Source: Actinomycetota bacterium (GTDB lineage: Bacteria > Actinomycetota > UBA4738 > HRBIN12). From it: 64,000 bases of DNA. Positions 47,452 to 56,206 of the stretch are shown piece by piece (position 1 is the stretch's first letter; each line of letters starts with the position of its first letter). A program made the translations under genes and the position numbers. The notes under the pieces are model-generated. The model was not told where the DNA came from and did no database searches. It was given only the letters and a program-made list of their open reading frames with translations. Location: the NCBI GenBank assembly GCA_035512775.1, contig DATKDI010000081.1, positions 7,495-71,494 of the forward strand. The letters are read 5' to 3'.

Positions 47452-49293
47452 ATGAGCGGCGCCGAGCGGGGCTACGCCGCGCCGCCGTTCGCTCCGCTGG
47501 AGCACGCCGATGGGTACCTGCCGCTGGAGGATCACGGACTGATCGGTGACGGCGCCACCGCCGCACTCGTCGGCCGTGACGGAGCGATCTCCTGGCTGTG
47601 CCTGCCGCGGTTCGACTCCCCGCCTGTGTTCTGCTCGATCCTTGACCACCGACGGGGCGGGAGGTTCCTCGTCGCACCCGAAAGCCCTTCCGAGACCCGG
47701 CAGCGCTACGAACCTGACAGCGGCGTCCTGACCACCGAGATGCGCTCGCCGACCGGCCTGGTACGCGTGACCGACGCGTTGACGCTGCGCCGTGGGGTCG
47801 ACATCACCGAGGACGTGACCGCCGCCCGCGGCGAGCTCCTCCGCTCGGTGGTCGTCCTCGACGGCGAGGCCCGGATCAGGGTCAGCGTCGAGCCACGCGG
47901 CGGCGCATCGGCGTCGCGGCGCGGCGACGGCTTCCACGTCCGCTGTCACGACCATCCCGACCTCGACCTGCAGTTGTCGGCCACCGGCCAGCTCGAAGGG
48001 CTCGACACCATCCTGGCGTTGCGCGCCGGTGAGCAGATCCACGTCGGGCTGCGCTGGGGGCGGGGCCCTCATCGCGGCTACGATTGGCGGCCCGCTGAGG
48101 ATCTGCAGGGAACGCTCGACGTGTGGCGGGCGTGGATACACCACTTCAACTACGTCGGGCCGAACGGACCACTGGTGCGTCGGTCGGCCATAACCCTCAA
48201 GCTCCTCGATCACTTTGCCAGCGGCGCCATCGTCGCCGCGCCCACTTCGTCGCTGCCCGAAGCCCTCGGCGGGCTGCGCAACTGGGACTACCGCTATACC
48301 TGGGTCCGCGACGCCGCCTTCTCGGTCTACGCCCTGCGCCGCATCGGGCTCGATCGCGAGGCGTGGAGGTTCCTCAGCTGGGTCCTCGACGCCATCGAGG
48401 GAGAAGGTGAGCCCCGTGTGATGTACGATCTCGACGGGAACCAGCCCCCTGCCGAACGCGAGGACGCCGAGCTGGAGGGCTACCGCAGGTCGCAGCCGGT
48501 TCGCTGGGGGAATGCCGCCGCCTCGCAGCGCCAGAACGACGTCTTCGGTGAGATCCTCGACTGCGCCTACCTATGGGTCCGCGGTGGTGGCACGATCGAT
48601 CCGCGGTTGTGGGAGCGGCTGCGATCGCTGGCCGAGAGTGCCGCCGACTCGTGGCGGACTCCGGACCACGGCATCTGGGAGGTCCGCGCGATGGGGCGGG
48701 TCTTCACCTACTCCGCCGCCCTGTGCCAGGTCGCCCTCGACCGGGCCGCGAAGCTGGCCGGCCAGCTCGGATCCGTCGGCGATGCCAACCGCTGGGCGGC
48801 AGAGGCGGCGCGGATCCGCGACGCGATCCTGACCGACGCCTGGGATCCCGAGCGGACGTCGCTGACCGAGCACCTCGGAGGCGGCGGGCTCGACGCCAGC
48901 CTGCTCGCCCTCCCACTCCGGCGCGTTGTCACGACCCAGCATCCCAAGATGGTCGCGACGGTCGACGCGGTGATGCGGCGTCTCGGCGCCGGCGACGGTC
49001 TTCTCTACCGCTACCTTCCCCATGAGTCCCCCGACGGGATCGCCGGTCAGGAAGGAGCCTTCCTGCTGTGCAGCTTCTGGCTCGTCGACAACCTCGCCGG
49101 CCAGGGCCGCCTCGACGAGGCCCACGCACTGTTCGAGTCCCTCTGTTCGCGCGCGGGCCCGCTCGGGCTCCTACCCGAGCAGATCGACCCGACCACCGGC
49201 GCATTCCTGGGCAACTACCCACAGGCGTTCAGCCACGTCGGGCTCATCTCCAGCGGCATCAACCTCGGTCGCCGGGCCGAGGAGCGATCATGA
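47452..49293 (+). CDS. Glycoside hydrolase family 15 (trehalase/glucoamylase-like)
   Basis: DHGLIGD, RNWDYRYTWVRD, PDHGIWEVR, EGAFLLCSFW, GNYPQAFSH. Confidence 0.93.
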   Translation: MSGAERGYAAPPFAPLEHADGYLPLEDHGLIGDGATAALVGRDGAISWLCLPRFDSPPVFCSILDHRRGGRFLVAPESPSETRQRYEPDSGVLTTEMRSPTGLVRVTDALTLRRGVDITEDVTAARGELLRSVVVLDGEARIRVSVEPRGGASASRRGDGFHVRCHDHPDLDLQLSATGQLEGLDTILALRAGEQIHVGLRWGRGPHRGYDWRPAEDLQGTLDVWRAWIHHFNYVGPNGPLVRRSAITLKLLDHFASGAIVAAPTSSLPEALGGLRNWDYRYTWVRDAAFSVYALRRIGLDREAWRFLSWVLDAIEGEGEPRVMYDLDGNQPPAEREDAELEGYRRSQPVRWGNAAASQRQNDVFGEILDCAYLWVRGGGTIDPRLWERLRSLAESAADSWRTPDHGIWEVRAMGRVFTYSAALCQVALDRAAKLAGQLGSVGDANRWAAEAARIRDAILTDAWDPERTSLTEHLGGGGLDASLLALPLRRVVTTQHPKMVATVDAVMRRLGAGDGLLYRYLPHESPDGIAGQEGAFLLCSFWLVDNLAGQGRLDEAHALFESLCSRAGPLGLLPEQIDPTTGAFLGNYPQAFSHVGLISSGINLGRRAEERS

Positions 49294-50645
49294 CCCAGCT
49301 CGTCATCCTCGGCGCCGCCGGCGATCTCACCTCCCGCTACCTCATCCCCGCGCTCGGCGAGCTCGGCGGCGCAGGTGCCCTGCCCCCGGAGCTCACCATC
49401 ATCGGCGTCGACCGGCAACCGTGGGACTACGATGAGTTCCGGCTTCACCTCGCCCAACGGCTCGATAGCCAGGCTGCGACGTTCCTCTCGGGCCTTCGCT
49501 ATCACCGCGGCGATGTGACCGACGCCGAGACGCTCCGCGCCGCGTTCGACCCACCCGACGCGCCCGCCGTGGTCTACCTCGCGCTGCCCCCACACGTCGT
49601 CCCCGGAGCCGTGCAGGCGCTCGGCGCGCTGCCGCTCGCTCGGCGCAGCCGGATCGTGGCCGAGAAGCCCTTCGGCGACGATCTGCACTCGGCCCGCTGG
49701 CTCAACACGCTCTTGCACGAAGTGGCGCCCGAGGAACAGGTGTTCCGAATCGACCACTTCCTCGGCAAGCAGACCGTGCAGAACGTCCTGGGCTTGCGCT
49801 TCGCCAACCGGATCTTCGAGGCCGTCTGGAACGCCCAACACGTCGAAGCTGTCGACATCGTCTGGGACGAGACCCTCGCCCTCGAGGGGAGGGCCGGCTA
49901 CTACGACACTGTAGGGGCGCTGCGCGACATGGTGCAGAACCACCTCATCCAGTTGCTGTGCCTGCTCGCCATGGAGCCGCCCGTCACGCTCGACGAGCGC
50001 TCCCTTCGCGACCGCAAGGTCGACGTGCTGCGTGCCGTCCGTCGACCCACCCTCGACGACGTACGTCGCCACACCCTTCGGGCTCGCTACCGGGCCGGTA
50101 CGGCCGGCGGAATCACCGTCCCGGGCTACGTTGACGAACCCGGTGTCGACCCTGAACGCCGAACCGAGACCTTTGCCGCCGTCACGTTGTTCGTAGACAA
50201 CTGGCGCTGGGCGGGCGTACCGTTCACGCTGCGCAGTGGCAAGGCGCTCGGCGCCGACCGCCACGAGGTCCGCGTCCGCTTCCGCCCCGTCCCTCACCTC
50301 GCCTTCGACCAAAACCAAGACCAGGACCCACAGCCCAACGTCCTACGCCTGCACGTCGATCCAGACCGGGTCACCCTCGAAGTCAACCTCAACGGTACCG
50401 GCGATCCGTTCCGACTCGAACGGGCCGGCATGGCCGTGGTCCTGGCCCCCCAGGAGCTGTCCGCCTACGCTAGGCTGCTCCTCGACATCTTCGCCGGCGA
50501 TCCGGTCCTGAGCATCCGGGCCGATGAGGCGGAAGAAGCATGGCGGTTCATCGAGCCGATCGTCGACGGATGGCGCAACGAAGCAACACCTCTGCTCGAA
50601 TACCCCGCCGGCTCGTCAGGACCCCACGAACGCGACCGCACATGA
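49290..50645 (+). CDS. zwf: Glucose-6-phosphate 1-dehydrogenase
   Basis: GAAGDLT, EKPFG.D, RIDHFLGK, RDMVQNH, RWAGVPF.LR.GK; ATG overlaps the GH15 stop. Confidence 0.93.
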   Translation: MTQLVILGAAGDLTSRYLIPALGELGGAGALPPELTIIGVDRQPWDYDEFRLHLAQRLDSQAATFLSGLRYHRGDVTDAETLRAAFDPPDAPAVVYLALPPHVVPGAVQALGALPLARRSRIVAEKPFGDDLHSARWLNTLLHEVAPEEQVFRIDHFLGKQTVQNVLGLRFANRIFEAVWNAQHVEAVDIVWDETLALEGRAGYYDTVGALRDMVQNHLIQLLCLLAMEPPVTLDERSLRDRKVDVLRAVRRPTLDDVRRHTLRARYRAGTAGGITVPGYVDEPGVDPERRTETFAAVTLFVDNWRWAGVPFTLRSGKALGADRHEVRVRFRPVPHLAFDQNQDQDPQPNVLRLHVDPDRVTLEVNLNGTGDPFRLERAGMAVVLAPQELSAYARLLLDIFAGDPVLSIRADEAEEAWRFIEPIVDGWRNEATPLLEYPAGSSGPHERDRT

Positions 50646-50862
50646 GTATCTCACCACCGTCTGAACCGCCCTGGGTTTCATGGGACCTGATGCACCCCAA
50701 GTCGCGGAGCCAGAGACGGTCATCGTGCGTGACGGCCCCGCCGAAGCGCCGCGCATCTTCGTATCCTAAGTAGGAGGCGCCGAACCTCGCGCGCATCGAC
50801 CACTGGGTGCTTCATCCGCGATGAACACCCAGGATCTAAGCCCTGACAAGGGCGGGGGCACC

Positions 50863-52008
50863 ATGAACTCACTTGTTGACGATTATCCGGCCGACCTCCT
50901 CCTGGCTCATGAGCCGCCCTGCATCTCGCTCTACCAGCCGACCCATCGGAGTCATCCGGAGAACAAGCAGGACCCGACCCGAGTCCGCAACCTCGTCAAG
51001 GCGGTGGAGGAGTCGCTGCGGCAGAAGTACCCGACGCGTGAGGTCCAACCGCTCCTCGAACCGTTCGAGGCCCTCGCGATCGATCGCGGCTTCTGGAACC
51101 ACACCCTTGACGGATTGGCGGTGCTCGGGGCGTCGGGCACGTTCCTCGTCTACCGGCTCCAGCGGCCGGTTGTCGAGTTGGCTGTCGTGGCCGATAGCTT
51201 CCACACGAAGCCGCTGATGCGCATCCGCCAGTCGGCCGACCGATACCAAGTCCTCGGTCTTACGCTCACCGAGATCAAGTTGTTCGAGGGCAACCGCGAT
51301 GCACTCGACGAGGTCGAGCTGGCCGAAGGGGTTCCGCGAACCATCGTTGAAGCTCTGGGCGAGGAGTTGACGGATCCGCATCAAACCGTCGCTTCCTACG
51401 CAGGCGTCAGAGGGCCGGCTATGAAGCATGGTCACGGTGCCAGGAGCGATGAGACGGACATCGACGCTGAGAGATTCTTCCGCGCGGTCAGCCGTGCGGT
51501 CCTCGAACACCACTCAAGGACGTCGGAGCTTCCGCTGTTGTTGGCGGCCCTGCCTCAGCACCACCACCTCTTCCGCAAGGTCAGCGACAACCCGTTCTTG
51601 ATGGCGGAAGGGATCGATGCCCATCCGGATTCCCTTCCGATCGACGAACTCCGCGACCGCGCCTGGGGCGTCGTCGAGCCTTACTATCGTGCGCGGTTGG
51701 CCCAACTGGTCGAAGCGTTCGGCGCAGCGAGGTCGGAAGGGCTCGGCGCGGACGATCCGGCGCAGGTCGCCGAGGCGGCCGCGGCCGGGCGGGTTGCGAC
51801 GTTGCTCATCGAGGTCGACCGTCAGATCCCCGGTCGGATCGACGCCGCGACTGGCGGGCTCGATTTCGGTGAACTGACTCATCCGGAGGTGGACGACATC
51901 CTCGACGACCTTGGTGCGTTGGTCATGGGCGCGGGTGGTGGGGTGGTGGTCGTCCCGGCCGAGCAGATGCCGACACCCACGGGGGTAGCTGCGATCTACC
52001 GGTACTGA
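50863..52008 (+). CDS. Bacterial aeRF1/pelota-fold protein (baeRF3-like), no GGQ
   Basis: CISLYQPTHR, FW....GLAV, DSFH.KPL, HGHG loop, A..GRV.TL, C-terminal GVAAIYRY typical of the aeRF1 L7Ae-like domain. Alternative start at 50821. Confidence 0.8.
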   Translation: MNSLVDDYPADLLLAHEPPCISLYQPTHRSHPENKQDPTRVRNLVKAVEESLRQKYPTREVQPLLEPFEALAIDRGFWNHTLDGLAVLGASGTFLVYRLQRPVVELAVVADSFHTKPLMRIRQSADRYQVLGLTLTEIKLFEGNRDALDEVELAEGVPRTIVEALGEELTDPHQTVASYAGVRGPAMKHGHGARSDETDIDAERFFRAVSRAVLEHHSRTSELPLLLAALPQHHHLFRKVSDNPFLMAEGIDAHPDSLPIDELRDRAWGVVEPYYRARLAQLVEAFGAARSEGLGADDPAQVAEAAAAGRVATLLIEVDRQIPGRIDAATGGLDFGELTHPEVDDILDDLGALVMGAGGGVVVVPAEQMPTPTGVAAIYRY

Positions 52009-52037
52009 GTCGGAGTCAACAACGGAGAGGATGTTTC

Positions 52038-52352
52038 GTGAAGGTTCAGATCAACACCGATAGCAACATCGAGGGTCACGAAGAGATGACCCAGCAGGTC
52101 GAGGCCGCGCTGGGAGCCGCCGTGGGCCGGTTCATCGATCAGATCACCCGGGTGGAGGTCCACCTCAGCGACCTCAACAGCCACAAGTTCGGCGCCGACG
52201 ACAAGCGCTGCTTGCTCGAAGCCCGCCTTGCAGGCCGCCGGCCGACAGCGGTGAGCCATCAGGCGGCGACCGTCCAGGAGGCGATCGAAGGCGCCGCCGA
52301 CAAGCTGAAGAACAACCTCGAGAGCACCCTCGGGCGGCTTGGCAGAGGATAG
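52038..52352 (+). CDS. Short HPF/RaiA family ribosome-associated protein
   Basis: MKVQIN.D..IEG, ITRVEVHLSD, DKRC.LEARL.G..P.AV; SD GGAGAGGA. Confidence 0.85.
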   Translation: MKVQINTDSNIEGHEEMTQQVEAALGAAVGRFIDQITRVEVHLSDLNSHKFGADDKRCLLEARLAGRRPTAVSHQAATVQEAIEGAADKLKNNLESTLGRLGRG

Positions 52353-52450
52353 CTGCCCCCGAAGCGGGAGGACGGGCTCGTCGGAGTTCCTTCGAGCGTT
52401 CACTCGAGCGTTCCTTGCGAGAGGTCGGCGCAGGTCAGCGGTCTATTGAG

Positions 52451-52496
52451 TAGTCCCAACGGGATTTCAACCCGTGTCTTCACCTTGAGAGGGTGA
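52451..52496 (-). repeat. tRNA-Glu 3'-half copy B (att-like)
   Basis: 46 bp identical to 54900-54945 except one substitution in the T-loop. Confidence 0.95.
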
Positions 52497-52723
52497 CCGG
52501 GGGTCTGTGACCTGCAACCCTTGCCGCAAGCAGGCCCTGACCTGCTGTTTCGGCTTCTGTTTACGCTGGGTCGCTACCCGTCGTTCTTCGACATCGTGCG
52601 GGATCTGTGCGGGATCGTCGTCTCTCCCCGCGCCTCTCCGGGCGACCCAACGAGGGCCCACAGGACCATTGTCGACGTCGGTTGCCGGTAGGGGCAGAGG
52701 CCATATGCTGGGAGAATCGAGGG

Positions 52724-53026
52724 ATGCCACTTCCCGAGATCGCCTGCCCCTCGTGCGGCGAGAGCGAGCGTTTACGCGGCCGACGTGAGACGAAGGGACT
52801 GGTCATCACCTGCGAAGCGTGCGGGGGCAGTTGGGAGCGCGACGTACGGCGTCGGTGCCGGTTGTGCGGCTCGGAGGACCTCCGCTACACGCCGCGGCCG
52901 TTGTGGGAGCGGGGTCGCGGTAACCAGCGCACTCCGGCCGGTCGCGTGGACGCGTGGGCGTGCAACTCGTGTGGCGGCCGCAACGTGACGTCGGCCGAGC
53001 CGGGGGTCGCTTCTGCCCACGGCTGA
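52724..53026 (+). CDS. Small double zinc-ribbon protein
   Basis: Four CxxC pairs: CPSC, CEAC, CRLC, CNSC in 100 aa. Confidence 0.7.
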   Translation: MPLPEIACPSCGESERLRGRRETKGLVITCEACGGSWERDVRRRCRLCGSEDLRYTPRPLWERGRGNQRTPAGRVDAWACNSCGGRNVTSAEPGVASAHG

Positions 53027-53232
53027 CGCCGGTCCTCGAGCTGGTGAGCGAGTACTACATGACCACCCGGTCGGCGGTTCCTGCGTTTCACCGAGTCAAG
53101 GCATCGCGCAAGCGTAGCGCGAAGGCCGGCCGCTCGGTATCCGCGACCGCGCTGATCGGTTACGCGCAACTCCCGGTCGTCGGCGCGGCGATCAGAGGCA
53201 GTAGCTCTCACAGTCTCGATTCGTCATCGATC

Positions 53233-53448
53233 TCACCCGGCCGACGCGAGGGATACCAGCATGGCCTCCGGCCGCTGTTTCCGCGCCTGCTCGAGCCAGA
53301 AAGCGTTCGGGAACAGGGCGAGCAGCGTTCCGTCGGTCCGCGAGAGCACCTCGACCCCCCGGATGTCCCGAAGGGCTGCGGCGCCGTCGGCGTCGGTGAG
53401 CCGTGCCACGGTGTAGGGGAGTGTGGACAGCTCAACAGGAGCGCCGTC
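53233..53448 (-). pseudogene. prfC: C-terminal remnant of peptide chain release factor 3
   Basis: GAPVELSTLPYTVARLTD...RGVEVLSRTDGTLLALFPNAFWL resembles the actinobacterial RF3 C-terminus; no GTPase domain upstream. Confidence 0.6.
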
Positions 53449-53540
53449 TTGGGTGCGGTTGCCGACGACTTGGTCTTCCTCATGCGCGACGTCGACGATC
53501 CCCTCCGCGGGTGTCAACGAATGGGTGGGACACACCTGGA

Positions 53541-54260
53541 TCACCCGTGACCCACCGTGGCGACATACACGGTGCTTGCAGCCTCGCCCCCGGTAAGTGG
53601 GTTCGGAAAGGTGATGACGTGCGCCTCGCATGACGCGAACACTTGCTCGAGGACGGAGATGTAGCCCTCGTCCGGGGAGGCGTCGGACCACAGGCCGTAG
53701 ACGCCTCCCGGGTTGAGACGATCGGCGAGTCGCCGCTGCCCCTCTGGATGGTAGAAGGGGGCGTGGCTGGGATGCAGGAGGTGCTGAGGCGTGTGGTCGA
53801 CGTCCACGAGGACGGCGTCATGGCGGTCCGGGGTGTCGGGCCCGAAGCTCGAGCCGGTGGCGACCATAGCGAAGAAATCGCCGTTGACGAGGTTGCATCG
53901 CCGATCCGAAGTCAATCCGTGGCTCAGCGGAAGCAGTCCACGTTGATGCCATTCGATGACCTCGCCCAGGACTTCGATGACCTGCAGGGAGCGCACCCGG
54001 GGGTCTCTCAGGACGGCTTGTGCGGTGTAGCCGAGGCCGAGCCCTCCGACCACGACGTCGAGATCTGCACCAGGGATGCTGGCGAGCGAGATATCGGCGA
54101 GTGCGATCTCAGCGGCAGTGAAGAGGCTCGACATGAGGAACTCATCGCCGAGCTTCACCTCGTAGACGTCGACCTGCAGGGTTGGTTCGAGTCGACGTCG
54201 CAGGCTGATCTCGCCGAGTGGTGTCGGGCGCCAGTCGAGCTCCTCGAAACTTGCACTCAC
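53541..54260 (-). CDS. Spermidine synthase-like SAM-binding protein
   Basis: DEFLMSSLFT.AE.ALA, VVGGLGLGYTA, GDFF, LVDVDHTP. Confidence 0.85.
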   Translation of the reverse strand: MSASFEELDWRPTPLGEISLRRRLEPTLQVDVYEVKLGDEFLMSSLFTAAEIALADISLASIPGADLDVVVGGLGLGYTAQAVLRDPRVRSLQVIEVLGEVIEWHQRGLLPLSHGLTSDRRCNLVNGDFFAMVATGSSFGPDTPDRHDAVLVDVDHTPQHLLHPSHAPFYHPEGQRRLADRLNPGGVYGLWSDASPDEGYISVLEQVFASCEAHVITFPNPLTGGEAASTVYVATVGHG

Positions 54261-54899
54261 CGTGTCATCCCGCCCGTGTGCACGTCGCTACGGTCCGGGG
54301 GCGTCGACGCGTCCATCGCCCTGACGTAGCCAGCATCCGCACCGCTGCGCAGGTCCACGCGATAGACCCCGGCTTGGGGAGCCTCTGTATCGGAGGCCGG
54401 TCGCCGAGCAGCGAGGGCCCGTTGAGCACGTCCGGTTCCATTAGCGCAGTGTCACGTTCAGGCATCGGCCGGCTTCCCGTCAAACCACCGAGCCCCTCGC
54501 GCAAGATGTCAGGGTCAATCCGCCCAACCGGCGCGAGGAGCGGCTTGCCCATGAAGAATGCCAGCGTGCTGTCTCGGCGCCGGAACACCTCCGCCCAGAG
54601 TGAGCTTCGGAGCGCCGTTGCTCCCGATCCCGACGTCCCTGAGATGGACCGCCGATCGAAGGAGCTCTCGTAGAGAGGGTTCAGGAAGGATTCCACACTT
54701 CTCCCCGTGCCCCCGGCGCTCGCCGCGAGATTGGTGCAGCCAGCTCCGTCGTCCGGATGGTTTCTCGCGAGCAGGGTCAACCACCGCAGAGGGTGGTTGC
54801 AACTCGCATGCGGGATCTGGCGGGATCTGGGCCTGCCAGTCCCACTCTCACAGGCCTGCCCGAGGCATGATTCGGCCCGTGACCTGCGGCTTTACCTCG

Positions 54900-54972
54900 T
54901 AGTCCCAACGGGATTTGAACCCGTGTCTTCACCTTGAGAGGGTGATGTCCTAGGCCTCTAGACGATGGGACC
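54900..54972 (-). tRNA. tRNA-Glu(CTC)
   Basis: GGTCCCATCGTCTAGAGGCCTAGGACATCACCCTCTCAAGGTGAAGACACGGGTTCAAATCCCGTTGGGACTA; complete cloverleaf, CCA not encoded. Confidence 0.97.
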
Positions 54973-55022
54973 GTGGGCCCTGATGGGTCCGGGGAGCGAG
55001 GATAGCACCGGCCTCCGGCGGC

Positions 55023-55883
55023 TCAGCCCTTCCCGATGATCCGCGAAAGGACCGTCGAGTAGTCCTGGTCGCCGAGGCCGGCTTCCTCGGCCTCGGCGAA
55101 CCACTCCGCGGCCGCCGCGAGTAAGCGAGCGTCCACGCCGGCGGCCGCCGCGGTCTCCAGGATCAGCTCGGCGTCCTTCCGAGCGAGGGCGAGCCGGAAT
55201 CGAAGGGGGAATTCGCCTGTCTCGAGCTGATCGCGACGCCGCTTCGCTGCGAGTGAGAGCGGCGTCGAGGCCAGGATGTCCATCGTGAGCTCGCGGCCGA
55301 GCCCCATGCGGTCCGCGAGCGCGATCGTCTCTCCGAGGAGCGTGAGGGAGCCGACGAGGGTCGCGTTCGCCACCAGCTTCGCCGCCGCTCCGGAACCGAG
55401 GGGCCCTGCGACGAGAACGGATCCCAGATCGGCGAGCAGCGGGATCCATCGTTTGACGAGTCGGTGCGGGCCGCCGGCGAAGACCAAGAGCGTTCCGGAC
55501 TCCGCCTCCGACAAGCTCCCCAGAACCGGGGCATCGAGCAGCCCGGTCTCGGGCGGCAGCGCCGAGGCGAGCCATCGGATGGCGAGGGGCCCGACCGTGG
55601 ACATCTCGACCACCGTGGTCGAGGCGTCGGCGCCCGAGGCGATCCCATCTGGCCCCTCGGTCACGTCACGGAGCGCCGTGGGATCCGACACGACCGTGAC
55701 GAGCACCTCCGCCCGGCGGGCGGCGTCGCCCGGGCTCTTCGCCGGCACCGCTCCCCGCCCCACGAGCTCGGCCGCCTTCTCGGGTGTGCGGTTCCACACG
55801 ATCACCTCATGCCCGGCATCGAGGAACCGACGCGCGAATCGCCCGCCCATCGCCCCCAACCCGACCACCGCCACCTGGGTCAT
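55023..55883 (-). CDS. NAD(P)-dependent beta-hydroxyacid dehydrogenase (3-hydroxyisobutyrate DH family)
   Basis: GLGAMG, WNRT, EMSTVGP, LDAPVLGS, GSGAAAKLVAN. Confidence 0.92.
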   Translation of the reverse strand: MTQVAVVGLGAMGGRFARRFLDAGHEVIVWNRTPEKAAELVGRGAVPAKSPGDAARRAEVLVTVVSDPTALRDVTEGPDGIASGADASTTVVEMSTVGPLAIRWLASALPPETGLLDAPVLGSLSEAESGTLLVFAGGPHRLVKRWIPLLADLGSVLVAGPLGSGAAAKLVANATLVGSLTLLGETIALADRMGLGRELTMDILASTPLSLAAKRRRDQLETGEFPLRFRLALARKDAELILETAAAAGVDARLLAAAAEWFAEAEEAGLGDQDYSTVLSRIIGKG

Positions 55884-56023
55884 GCCGACCATGATGGCGT
55901 GGGACGTGACGTGCGACACGTCGGTGACGTGTCCAAGATCACGGGGCGTCCGTGCCCACGGGCACCGCCCGAGATCGCCCGTGCGCGTACCGTCAGACCC
56001 GTTACCGACGAAGGGGGCGGAAG

Positions 56024-56194
56024 ATGATCACCGGAGACATGGCGAGGGAGCAGATCCGCGATCGCGTGCGCGAGGCCGATGCTTTCCGTCGGTCCCGGGC
56101 CACCCGGACGGCCCAGCGCCACGACCGCCGTGCGGTCGCTCGCAAGGCCTACAGTGGCTTCGTCGCCATCCTGGCGACACCGTTCCGCCACTGA
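56024..56194 (+). CDS. Small Arg-rich hypothetical protein
   Basis: 56 aa, SD-like AAGGGGG, followed by a strong hairpin. Confidence 0.55.
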   Translation: MITGDMAREQIRDRVREADAFRRSRATRTAQRHDRRAVARKAYSGFVAILATPFRH

Positions 56195-56206
56195 GCGTCA
56201 AGGCAC

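Larger units (their letters stand above)
44857..52450. mobile_element. Genomic island 1 (distal) integrated at tRNA-Glu, ~7.6 kb, no integrase recognised
   Basis: Bounded by att-like tRNA 3' copies A and B; stress-type cargo and non-coding debris. Confidence 0.75.
52451..54899. mobile_element. Genomic island 2 (proximal) at tRNA-Glu, ~2.4 kb, degenerate
   Basis: Bounded by copy B and the intact tRNA; contains a gene fragment and little intact coding. Confidence 0.7.
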
